DNA from: an uncultured Verrucomicrobiae bacterium
GTDB lineage: Bacteria; Verrucomicrobiota; Verrucomicrobiia; Chthoniobacterales; JAFAMB01
Reading direction: 5' to 3'
Length of the DNA stretch: 64,000 nt
NCBI GenBank assembly: GCA_963837955.1
Contig: CAWIPH010000001.1
Span: 448,001 to 512,000 of the forward strand
The translations under genes were made by a program, and so were the position numbers. Positions 9,764 to 18,122 of the stretch are shown in pieces (within the stretch, counting starts at the first letter, position 1; the number at the start of each line of letters is the position of its first letter). Below the pieces are notes generated by a model. The model worked only from the letters and a program-made list of their open reading frames with translations, was not told the DNA's origin and did no database searches.

Positions 9764-10180
9764 CTAATCCTTCAACTCTTCCCATGCGGTATTCCAGAAT
9801 GCCGGCAACCGTTGGACTTTCATCTCCGGTAGCTTCACCACCACCAACATCTGGCGGCAGGTAATCAGGACTTGGCCATCGCTGGGCCGTGTGATGGTAA
9901 AAGCACACCAAAACCGAGTTCGTTCGAATTTTTCCAACCAACCGCGTACGACCAAATCGTCCCAGAGCCGGGCTGGCCGCCGATAATCGATTTCCGTGCG
10001 GATGACGACCGGGCAGTCGCCTTGAAGCATACGTTCCCCCATTTCCCAACCAAGCTTTTCGGCCAAGAGAGATCGGTTGGTTTCAATGAACCGCAAGTAG
10101 GCAATGTTGTGTACCACGCCGCCGGCATCCGTATCGAAGAACATGACGCGAACGGAGGTCTCAAGGCTCGGTGCTTCCAT
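9764..10180 (-). CDS. Acyl-CoA thioesterase (4HBT/YbgC hotdog family)
   Basis: VRVMFFDTDAGGVVHNIAYLRFIE, IDYRRPA. Confidence 0.9.
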   Translation of the reverse strand: MEAPSLETSVRVMFFDTDAGGVVHNIAYLRFIETNRSLLAEKLGWEMGERMLQGDCPVVIRTEIDYRRPARLWDDLVVRGWLEKFERTRFWCAFTITRPSDGQVLITCRQMLVVVKLPEMKVQRLPAFWNTAWEELKD

Positions 10181-10245
10181 GGTGTCACCCAAGATACGCT
10201 TCGGTCAAAGCGCGGTGCTAGCAGAAACTCCTTCTTGCCCACGTC

Positions 10246-10575
10246 GCTGACCGCGACATCGGAGGGGAGTAGCTTGCTGCTCCCGGGAACAGCCCTTGAA
10301 TGGGTCGAAGCCCAACGGATCATTGGCCTCGATTCCTCGGTGTGCGCTTGATTATTCCGGGCGTCCCGCGGCCGCGCATACGCGTCAACATAAGAATGGT
10401 TTGCCTGCTCCATCGCCGGGAGGGCGCGCGTCCCCGCGCGCCGAGAAAACGATCTCTAACCTAGGGGAGGCAATTTAACCCTTGGTATACAAACGCGCTT
10501 GGGTCCGGCCACAACGGATCGCGGGGACGCGATCCCTCCCCGCGTTGGGTCTCGCGGCCGCGGGACGCACCCTCC
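10246..10575. repeat. Right inverted copy, interrupted by an insert (10377-10552) carrying the CATACGCGTCAACATAAG motif and a GGAG REP pair (10418-10443, 10515-10540)
   Basis: Direct comparison with 9607-9750; CGCGGCCGCG occurs at both 10367-10376 and 10553-10562. Confidence 0.85.
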
Positions 10576-10626
10576 GACGCTTGAACGACCAACCTGCAAC
10601 CTGCCAACCTGGAACTTGCCAACCTG

Positions 10627-11397
10627 CTAACCCTTCACCCGCAGCAGCCGTAACGCTGCGTCCGAAAAATCCATTGCGCCTTGCAAGAGTTCTCTGCCGA
10701 AAGAGAAAAAAGTCACATCGCGACTGGCCAGGATTAGCATGAGACTCAATCCCAGGAAGTTCATCAGATAGATCACCATCATGGAGAAAAACGTTCCATG
10801 CTCGACGAGATCGGTCTGACCGTTCCAGAGCATCCAGACGGTGAACGTCACATGGAACATCCAGGTAAAGCCAACTAACCCAAACAACCACCGATGGAGC
10901 GGCGCCAAGTCCCAAAACACGCCGATGCCGCCGTAAAAGGCGACAACCAGCAGGCTATAAATCGGGAAGAAATAGGGCGCGAGCGAGATCCAGAAATTGT
11001 TTGTATCGGTAATGATATGTCCGCCGTCACGACCTACGCGAAACCGCGTGACTCGACCGCCCATGATCCACACCCAAATCACGTGCGTCAGCTCATGGCC
11101 GAAGACGTACATCAGAAGAGGCTTCGGCAATCCGAAAAAAGTGATAAGCCAAAGAACCGCTCCCAGCGCGAAAAACCAAAACTCTTCCGACATCCAGAAG
11201 TCGTGATGAACTGTCGCCTGGGAAAAACAGGAAAAGAAGGCGCGCGTAAGGATCCAGGCCAGCGGGATTAGGAACAGTGCGATCAGCTGCTTTAGCCAGC
11301 GCACCGGCACAACTATCTCTCGACCCGTCTCCGAGATCTTCTCTGTAGCCGAAAGCCCTGATTGCAACTTCCGGCGTCTTCGGTTCGTCGCTGCCAC
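10627..11397 (-). CDS. Membrane protein, M50B-like metallopeptidase
   Basis: GHELTH (HExxH), LAPYFFP, later TD motif; multiple TM segments. Confidence 0.65.
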   Translation of the reverse strand: MAATNRRRRKLQSGLSATEKISETGREIVVPVRWLKQLIALFLIPLAWILTRAFFSCFSQATVHHDFWMSEEFWFFALGAVLWLITFFGLPKPLLMYVFGHELTHVIWVWIMGGRVTRFRVGRDGGHIITDTNNFWISLAPYFFPIYSLLVVAFYGGIGVFWDLAPLHRWLFGLVGFTWMFHVTFTVWMLWNGQTDLVEHGTFFSMMVIYLMNFLGLSLMLILASRDVTFFSFGRELLQGAMDFSDAALRLLRVKG

Positions 11398-11407
11398 AGA
11401 TGGAGGT

Positions 11408-11517
11408 TAGCGCGAAAAACTCACAAGAGAACACCAAAGCGGCGGCTTCATGTTGGACAAGTGAAACTGTGCGAAAAGCAGGCCGCTTTGCTGCTTTTTT
11501 GCGAGTTTTTCGCGCTA
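11408..11517. repeat. 110-bp imperfect palindrome filling the intergenic region after efp
   Basis: TAGCGCGAAAAACTCACAA pairs with TTGCGAGTTTTTCGCGCTA; inner CAAAGCGGC/GCCGCTTTG. Confidence 0.75.
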
Positions 11518-12072
11518 GGCTCTACCCATGTAAGCTCCGGTCCGAGTATCTATCCGAATAGATTCACCTTCTTTTATGAATAAAGGAACTTGAACCGACT
11601 TGCCCGTTTCCAGTTTAGCGGTTTTCTGCACGTTCGTAGCGCTGTCCCCCCGTACGCCCTCGGGTGCTTCGGAAACCTTTAGCGACACTGACGACGGGAG
11701 CTCGATTTCGACCGGTTTGCCTTCGGCATACAGCACCTCCACTCTCAGGTTCTCGGAAAAATACTCCTGCGCTTCTCCCACCAGTTGCGCGCTCAGCGTC
11801 TCGGTTTCGTAGTTTTCCGGATCCATAAAAACAAAGCCGTCCTGATCTTTGTAACTGAATTCCAGGTTACGCCGGGTGACATCTACTAGCTCGACGGTTT
11901 CGGTCGAGCTAAAGCGCACGTTACTTGATTTGCCAGTCCGAATGCTGCGGATAGTCGCCTGGACAAACGCGCGTAAATTACCTGGTGTCCGGTGCTGGAC
12001 ATCGAGCAAAACGGCGATGTCGCCATTATACCGAATTGCCATTCCTTTTCGAAGATCGTTTGCTGCTGCCAT
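11515..12072 (-). CDS. efp: Elongation factor P
   Basis: ANDLRKG, HRTPGNLRAFV, PEGVRGDSAT, VPLFIKEGE, DTRTG. Confidence 0.97.
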   Translation of the reverse strand: MAAANDLRKGMAIRYNGDIAVLLDVQHRTPGNLRAFVQATIRSIRTGKSSNVRFSSTETVELVDVTRRNLEFSYKDQDGFVFMDPENYETETLSAQLVGEAQEYFSENLRVEVLYAEGKPVEIELPSSVSLKVSEAPEGVRGDSATNVQKTAKLETGKSVQVPLFIKEGESIRIDTRTGAYMGRA

Positions 12073-12114
12073 AAACTGTCCCCCGGATTAAGTCTATCGC
12101 GGGAGAGGGTACGA

Positions 12115-13182
12115 TTACAGAAGCTTTACTTTCGTCAAATCTTGAGAATCAATAATTCCCACCGGCCGATTGGATTCGTCCACGACAATAAGATCGTCGA
12201 TTCGGTGTTGGTCGAGAATATTAAGTACTTCGACAGCCAAACGATCCGAACGAATCGTTATCGGATGTCTGACCATGTAACCGCCGACCGGTTCCTGAAC
12301 CATGGCAGGATGATCTTCAAACGCGCGCACGAAATCGCCATGGGTGAAAATCCCGGCCAAAGCGCCTGAACCGTCCACGACGACGGCAACTCCGGCACGA
12401 CACTGGTTCATCGCATGCAGCACAGCTAGCACGTCGGTGTCGGGCCTAACGGTTGGCATTCTGTCGCTGCCGCGCATGACATCAGTAACCCGTTGCAGCA
12501 ACGCGCGACCAAGTCTGCCGCCTGGATGGAATTTAGCGAAATCCTCTTTTTGAAAGCCGCGTACTTCCAATAGCACCATGGCCAAGGCGTCACCCAAAGC
12601 GAGCATGACCGTCGTGCTTGAAGTTGGTGTGAGGTTTAAGGGACAAGCCTCTTGTTCGACTGAGCAGTCCAAGGTCACATCGCTATGCTTGGCTAACGTG
12701 GAATTCACATTGCCGGTAAACGCAATGACCTGAACGTCGAACCTTTTCAACGCCGGCAATATATTCAGCAGTTCGGCTGTTTCCCCACTATAGCTCATTG
12801 CCAGAACCGAGTCCCCGGTGGCAACAATTCCGAGATCGCCGTGCAGTGCGTTCAGAGGATTCAATACCACCGCGGGCGACCCAGTGCTGGTTAGCGTGGC
12901 AGCAATCTTTTCTCCGATTTGGCCCGATTTACCGACGCCAAGGATTATGATCTTGCGACCTGCCTCCACCGTCTGGCGCAGAAGCTGGACTGCTTCGGAG
13001 AAACGGTTATCCAATCGCTCGGCTAGCTTCTGTAATTCATGGATCTCGATCTGCAAGACGCGTCGAGCTTGTTCGAGGTCGCCCGCACTTAGCTTGTCGA
13101 GGTCGCCTGCACCGAGCTTGTCGAGGTCGCCTGTGCCGAGCTTGCCGAGGTTGCCTGTGCCGAGCTTGTCGAGGTCATTCAT
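12115..13182 (-). CDS. kdsD: KpsF/GutQ arabinose-5-phosphate isomerase (SIS + CBS) with an N-terminal octapeptide repeat
   Basis: GVGKSGQIGEKIAATLTSTG, HGDLG, SYSGET, EACPLNLTPTSST, KFHPGG. Confidence 0.92.
   Translation of the reverse strand: MNDLDKLGTGNLGKLGTGDLDKLGAGDLDKLSAGDLEQARRVLQIEIHELQKLAERLDNRFSEAVQLLRQTVEAGRKIIILGVGKSGQIGEKIAATLTSTGSPAVVLNPLNALHGDLGIVATGDSVLAMSYSGETAELLNILPALKRFDVQVIAFTGNVNSTLAKHSDVTLDCSVEQEACPLNLTPTSSTTVMLALGDALAMVLLEVRGFQKEDFAKFHPGGRLGRALLQRVTDVMRGSDRMPTVRPDTDVLAVLHAMNQCRAGVAVVVDGSGALAGIFTHGDFVRAFEDHPAMVQEPVGGYMVRHPITIRSDRLAVEVLNILDQHRIDDLIVVDESNRPVGIIDSQDLTKVKLL
13081..13176 (-). repeat. Four 24-bp in-frame tandem repeats (DLDKLGTG-type)
   Basis: GACCTCGACAAGCTCGGCACAGGC-like units x4; core shared with 36295-36382. 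Confidence 0.9.
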
Positions 13183-13223
13183 ATCAAGCTTGCTGAGTTG
13201 TTATTTGGAGGGATGGAGTCCAA

Positions 13224-14273
13224 TCAACGGCGCCGAAAATGCCAGAAAGTGACCGCTACGCAAGCGAGCATCAGCAAGATGACAAGAGAGTAGGTGTCGT
13301 GCCATCGGCGCGTCAGCGCGGCCGAGGAACTATGGAAAAAGCTCATCGCGTACAACAACGCGATAGCGATGATTGGAAGGCAAACCGATGCGATCAACGT
13401 GAACGTCCGGATTGATGTGTTGGTCCGCGAGCTCAGACTTCCCAAGTATAGGTTCGACAGGTTCGTAGCAGCCAACGCCTCGGTTTGCAGTCGATCAATC
13501 ATTTCAAGCAAACGCAGACGGCCGGAGCGAAAAAAAGGTTTGGTGCGCTCTCCGATCGCCCCGCTTTGGTCCTGTTCCAATGCCCCCCAGGTTTCAAGCT
13601 GCGCGAAGCCGATTTGTCGGAGCGCATTTAGCGTTTTTTCGGTGCGGCTAATGAGCGGCAATAATTCTTGGCTTGGATCACGCAGGATAGCTTGCTCCAA
13701 TCTATCGCGCTGATCTGCCAGTTGGGCGATCGCAGCGGCATACGGCGCAAGGGTAGACTCAAAAATTGAGTAGACTAAATAGTCACTTCGCAGGAACCGC
13801 AGATGATTTCCGTTGTCGCGAACACGTTCTCGCAATGTTTGGAAAGGGTCGAGAGCGTTATTCGCCAGAAGAGTGATGACAACCTGATCCTGCAAGAAGA
13901 GGTGTAAGGGTTCAGTAACGAGTTCTCCGGCTGGCGAACTGCAAGCAATCTGGAGAACGATTGACAATTGTTTGTCGTGAGTTTCGATCCGTGAGCGGCC
14001 CGGATCGCTTTTGAATGTTTCCAAGGTGAGCGCGTGAAAACGAAATTGGGAAGCTAGGCGCTCCAGAGATTCCTCGTCTGGCCGTCCCTGGAAATGAAGC
14101 CAACGGATGCCAACGCCCTCCGAGGCATCCGCCACATTTTCCACCCGATCGAGCTGCTGCTCTGCGTGGGAATAAGCGTTGTATTCGATCAGCCGAACGA
14201 CATTCCCGGGTCCAAGACTTTCGACGGATTGGACCCAAGGATCTGCCCGTTCATGGGACAGCACACCGATCAT
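13224..14273 (-). CDS. Divergent CorA-family divalent cation transporter
   Basis: F.FH.LTLE, DYLVYSI, LYL..LSSRTN.SIRTFTLI; two C-terminal TMs; YAMSF where YGMNF is canonical. Confidence 0.8.
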   Translation of the reverse strand: MIGVLSHERADPWVQSVESLGPGNVVRLIEYNAYSHAEQQLDRVENVADASEGVGIRWLHFQGRPDEESLERLASQFRFHALTLETFKSDPGRSRIETHDKQLSIVLQIACSSPAGELVTEPLHLFLQDQVVITLLANNALDPFQTLRERVRDNGNHLRFLRSDYLVYSIFESTLAPYAAAIAQLADQRDRLEQAILRDPSQELLPLISRTEKTLNALRQIGFAQLETWGALEQDQSGAIGERTKPFFRSGRLRLLEMIDRLQTEALAATNLSNLYLGSLSSRTNTSIRTFTLIASVCLPIIAIALLYAMSFFHSSSAALTRRWHDTYSLVILLMLACVAVTFWHFRRR

Positions 14274-14298
14274 TCCTAGCCTATACCGTCACAGTCCA

Positions 14299-14502
14299 TC
14301 AACGTCTAGGTCCTTTCCAGAGCGCCGCATCGAGACAAGCGATGATGTGACCGAGCCATCCGAGCCAAATCAGCCACAAAAAGCTGCTAACGACGAAAAG
14401 GATGATGGCGGCAAGAATGCGACCCTGTACCAATTGACCGAGGCCAGGGATGAAAAAGCTGCAAATCGCAGCAAGTACGTTTCCGGTGGTACCTTGTCCC
14501 AT
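14299..14502 (-). CDS. Small membrane protein
   Basis: GNVLAAICSFFIPGLGQLVQGR; GAAGGAG ribosome-binding site upstream of the ATG. Confidence 0.75.
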   Translation of the reverse strand: MGQGTTGNVLAAICSFFIPGLGQLVQGRILAAIILFVVSSFLWLIWLGWLGHIIACLDAALWKGPRR

Positions 14503-14550
14503 AGTTGTCTCCTTCATGACCTAAATAACAATTACAATCGACTATTAGTT

Positions 14551-16029
14551 TCAATTGGGTTGAAGAATTAAAAAAGATCTTTGGCGATTCCTGGTCAGGC
14601 CGACGACGACCGGTTTTGCCGGATCAAGTTGGCTGGTGATCTGAGCAAAAGTCTGAGAATTAGGGGTCGGTTGTCGGTTCACCTCTTCGATCACATCTCC
14701 CAGGCGCAAGTCTTGTCCAGCCGAAGCATCCGGATCAACCTGGATAACGATTACCCCTTTGACGTACTCGGGGACATTGGCTTCGGTCCGCAGCCGCGGA
14801 CTTAAATCATTCACTTCGATTCCGGAGAAAGCCTTGCTCGAACTAGTGGGGGGACTGCTACTTTGGTTGTTTTGGCTAACCAGCTCGGCCGGTTGCTCGG
14901 CTACCTGAGCGGTCACCGACATCTTTTTGCCGTCGCGAGAAAGAGCAACCGTAAGATTCGAACCGATATCAGCTTCCGAAATCTGATTCCCCAGAGCGAC
15001 GGTATCCTTGATGTCGTGGTCATTGATCTTCTGAATGACATCGCCCCGGGTAATGCCTGCCTTTTCCGCAGGAGAACCCCGCGTTACATCAGTGACCAAG
15101 GCTCCGGTGCTGCCATCCAATCTAAATTGCTCGGCGATCTCTTTCGTCACCGGCTGAACGCTGACGCCGAGGTAGCCGCGCACAACCCGCCCTTTTTCCA
15201 CGAAATTCTTGAGCGCTCGCTTGACGACGTTGGCAGGAATGGCAAACCCGATGCCCTGATTCCCGCCAGACTCCGAATAGATCGCGGTGTTAATCCCGAC
15301 TGCTTCGCCCTTAATGTTGACTAACGGGCCACCCGAGTTTCCCGGATTGATAGCCGTATCGGTCTGGAAGAACTCCAGAGAGCTCTCGCTAATCGCTCGA
15401 CGATTCTTAGCACTGATGATTCCCTGGCTGACGCTCTCCTCAAGCCCAAAAGGATTACCGATCGCAAAAACTACTTGACCCACTTTCACCAAATCGGAGT
15501 TGGCCAGCGGCAAAGGGGTTAGTTGCGGTAAATCGATCTTTAGAACGGCTAAATCGAGTTGGCTATCGGTCCCAATGACTTTGGCTTTGGCCGTACGTCC
15601 ATCGTTCAATTCCACCACAATATCGTCCGTCCCATTCACGACATGGTTGTTCGTCACAATGTGACCTTCCTTCGAGACAATCACCCCAGAGCCGAGAGAG
15701 GTAACTTGCTGCTCGGTTGAGTCCTTCCGTTTGGAATGGCGTCCGCCGAAGAAATAGTCCAACGGATCCGACCATTGCCGCTGTACTGTCTTCATAGTGG
15801 TTATACTGACCACGCTAGGCACGACTGTTTCAGCGAGATGTTGGTATTCTTCGTTGAGTCGTTCCAGAATTGGCACCGACCCAAGATCGATCTGCGATTT
15901 GTCAGCCGGAGTAAATTTTTCGGTTTTCGTCTCGACCGGGCCGAACTGCTTGGCCTGCCAGACGTAAATCAAAGAAATGACAAGCGCTAGGAGGAGGACA
16001 AAAACGAGAAACTTGAGAAAGCTCTTCAT
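14551..16029 (-). CDS. HtrA/DegP (Do-family) serine protease with two PDZ domains
   Basis: GSGVIV, TNNHVV, DLAVLK, QTDTAINPGNSGGPL. Confidence 0.95.
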   Translation of the reverse strand: MKSFLKFLVFVLLLALVISLIYVWQAKQFGPVETKTEKFTPADKSQIDLGSVPILERLNEEYQHLAETVVPSVVSITTMKTVQRQWSDPLDYFFGGRHSKRKDSTEQQVTSLGSGVIVSKEGHIVTNNHVVNGTDDIVVELNDGRTAKAKVIGTDSQLDLAVLKIDLPQLTPLPLANSDLVKVGQVVFAIGNPFGLEESVSQGIISAKNRRAISESSLEFFQTDTAINPGNSGGPLVNIKGEAVGINTAIYSESGGNQGIGFAIPANVVKRALKNFVEKGRVVRGYLGVSVQPVTKEIAEQFRLDGSTGALVTDVTRGSPAEKAGITRGDVIQKINDHDIKDTVALGNQISEADIGSNLTVALSRDGKKMSVTAQVAEQPAELVSQNNQSSSPPTSSSKAFSGIEVNDLSPRLRTEANVPEYVKGVIVIQVDPDASAGQDLRLGDVIEEVNRQPTPNSQTFAQITSQLDPAKPVVVGLTRNRQRSFLILQPN

Positions 16030-16068
16030 GTTGAACCAACGGTTACTTCCTGCCTGCAAGGCGATGTA

Positions 16069-18111
16069 TTAATTAGCTAAATTCGCGGCCCTTTTACCAC
16101 TCTCGATTATCATACGACGAAAACAGGCGTTTGCAGGGGTTTGTAGGTCCGGGTCCTGGTCCAGAATGACGCGGGCAATGCCTCTCGCTTCATCGATTAG
16201 ATGTCCGTCTTTCAGCAGATCGGCTAAACGCAATGGCGGAAGCCCGCTCTGTTCAGTGCCGAGCAGATCTCCCGGACCACGAAACTGAAGATCGGCCTCC
16301 GCGATTTCAAATCCATTGTCGCTGTTCTCCAAGATTTTCAGTTTGGCCAACGGCACCGGGTCTTTACTGTCGGTCAGGAGCACACAATAGCTCTGATGGT
16401 TGCTGCGTCCGATTCGCCCCCGCAGTTGATGAAGTTGCGCCAGTCCAAAACGTTCGGCGTTTTCGATCAGCATGACGGTTGCATTTGGCACATCGACACC
16501 GACTTCGATGACGGTGGTCGAAATCAACACTTCGACCTGTCCCGAGCGAAATCGAGCCATTACCGATTCTTTCTCTTCTGGAGTCAGTCGCCCGTGCAGC
16601 AACCCGCAAGCGGCCGGGGCGAGAAGTTCACTCCACCGGGCGAATTCGGTGGTCGCCGCCTTGACGCTGAGAGACTCCGATTCCTCAATGACCGGATAGA
16701 TAATATAAATCTGACGGCCGGCTTTCAGGCGTTCCTTCAGAAACGCGGTCGCTTCCGGAATCTTAGCCGTGGATCTTACGCCGGTGATAACCGGGCGTCG
16801 ATCGGCCGGTTTCTCATCGAGAACCGAAACGTCGAGGTCGCCGTACAGCGTCATTGCCAAGGTTCGGGGGATCGGCGTGGCTGTCATTACCAGCAGGTCC
16901 GGTACTGGTTTCCTTTGCACTAGTTGGGCCCGTTGGAGGACGCCAAATTTATGCTGTTCATCAATCACAACCAATCCTAGGCGGGAAAAGGAGTCGGTAT
17001 CGTACAGCAAAGCGTGAGTGCCGACGACCGCGTCGGCTTCGCCTTCGAGAGGAAGGAACGTCTCTTCTTTTCGGACGCTGGTACGCAGCGCAAGCTTGAG
17101 ACCCAGAGGCTGGAGCCACTCCACCAGGCCGCGGTAATGCTGCTCGGCCAGGACCTGGGTCGGCGCCATGAGGGCGGCCTGGAATCCGGCCTCGATGACA
17201 GAGACCATAGCGGTCACGGCAACGAAGGTCTTGCCGGCGCCGACATCGCCTTGCAAAAGGCGTGCCATGGGTCGCGGGGCGGCCAGGTCGAGGCGAATCT
17301 CGTCCATCGTGCGAAGCTGCGCCTTGGTCGGCTGGAAGCTTAGCCGGCTGAGAAACTTCGAGAGGATCTTTCCGGTTCCGGCATGCGATTCTCCACCTCC
17401 GTCGAGCGCCGTCCGACGACGCTTTTCTACCACCAGTTGCATACCGACTAACTCGGCCAGGGCCAAAGTTTGGCGCGCTTTTTCCAGTTCATCCCACGTT
17501 CCAGGAAAATGCAGTTGCCGGAGAGCAGTTCGCAGCGAGGCGACGTAGCCCGGAAGAACCGGCCGATCCTGGATAACGTCCAACTCTTCAAGTCCTCGGT
17601 ACAGCAGCTCGCGCAACGCTCGCTGGCGCAAACCTTCGGTGAGCGGATATATCGGCGTGATCCGGTCGAGGTGAATCAGGTTCTCATCAGTCTCATCGAC
17701 AATCTCAAATTCCGGGTGGTCAAAATAGATGCGATTTCGCACGTCCTTTGGGCGACCGAAAAGAACGACTGTTTGACCCACCGCTAGCATGCGCTGGATA
17801 TAGTGTTGATTGAACCAGCGGCAGGTGATCCGACCGCTCAGCGCCGTATTGCTGCCTTCCTCTACCGTGGCCTCAACGATCTTCCTCCTGGCAAAATAAC
17901 GGGCCGTTACTTTGGTGATAATGCCCCGGATGCAGGTCGGAGTTTCGGAACTCGCACTTGGGAACCGGCCAAAACGAGAACGATCTTCGTGGCGCCGGGG
18001 ATAATGTTCGAGAAGGTCACGCCAGGTCTCGACTCCCAGGCGAGCCAATCCTCGTCCCAACGATGGGTTGACCCAGGGAAGCTCTCGAATAGGAGTTTCT
18101 AGAGGATCCAT
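16069..18111 (-). CDS. recG: ATP-dependent DNA helicase RecG
   Basis: LLQGDVGAGKT, DEQHKFGV, MTATPIPRTL, QLHQLRGRIGR, RGPGDLLGTEQSG. Confidence 0.97.
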   Translation of the reverse strand: MDPLETPIRELPWVNPSLGRGLARLGVETWRDLLEHYPRRHEDRSRFGRFPSASSETPTCIRGIITKVTARYFARRKIVEATVEEGSNTALSGRITCRWFNQHYIQRMLAVGQTVVLFGRPKDVRNRIYFDHPEFEIVDETDENLIHLDRITPIYPLTEGLRQRALRELLYRGLEELDVIQDRPVLPGYVASLRTALRQLHFPGTWDELEKARQTLALAELVGMQLVVEKRRRTALDGGGESHAGTGKILSKFLSRLSFQPTKAQLRTMDEIRLDLAAPRPMARLLQGDVGAGKTFVAVTAMVSVIEAGFQAALMAPTQVLAEQHYRGLVEWLQPLGLKLALRTSVRKEETFLPLEGEADAVVGTHALLYDTDSFSRLGLVVIDEQHKFGVLQRAQLVQRKPVPDLLVMTATPIPRTLAMTLYGDLDVSVLDEKPADRRPVITGVRSTAKIPEATAFLKERLKAGRQIYIIYPVIEESESLSVKAATTEFARWSELLAPAACGLLHGRLTPEEKESVMARFRSGQVEVLISTTVIEVGVDVPNATVMLIENAERFGLAQLHQLRGRIGRSNHQSYCVLLTDSKDPVPLAKLKILENSDNGFEIAEADLQFRGPGDLLGTEQSGLPPLRLADLLKDGHLIDEARGIARVILDQDPDLQTPANACFRRMIIESGKRAANLAN

Positions 18112-18122
18112 CGAACAGCTTC

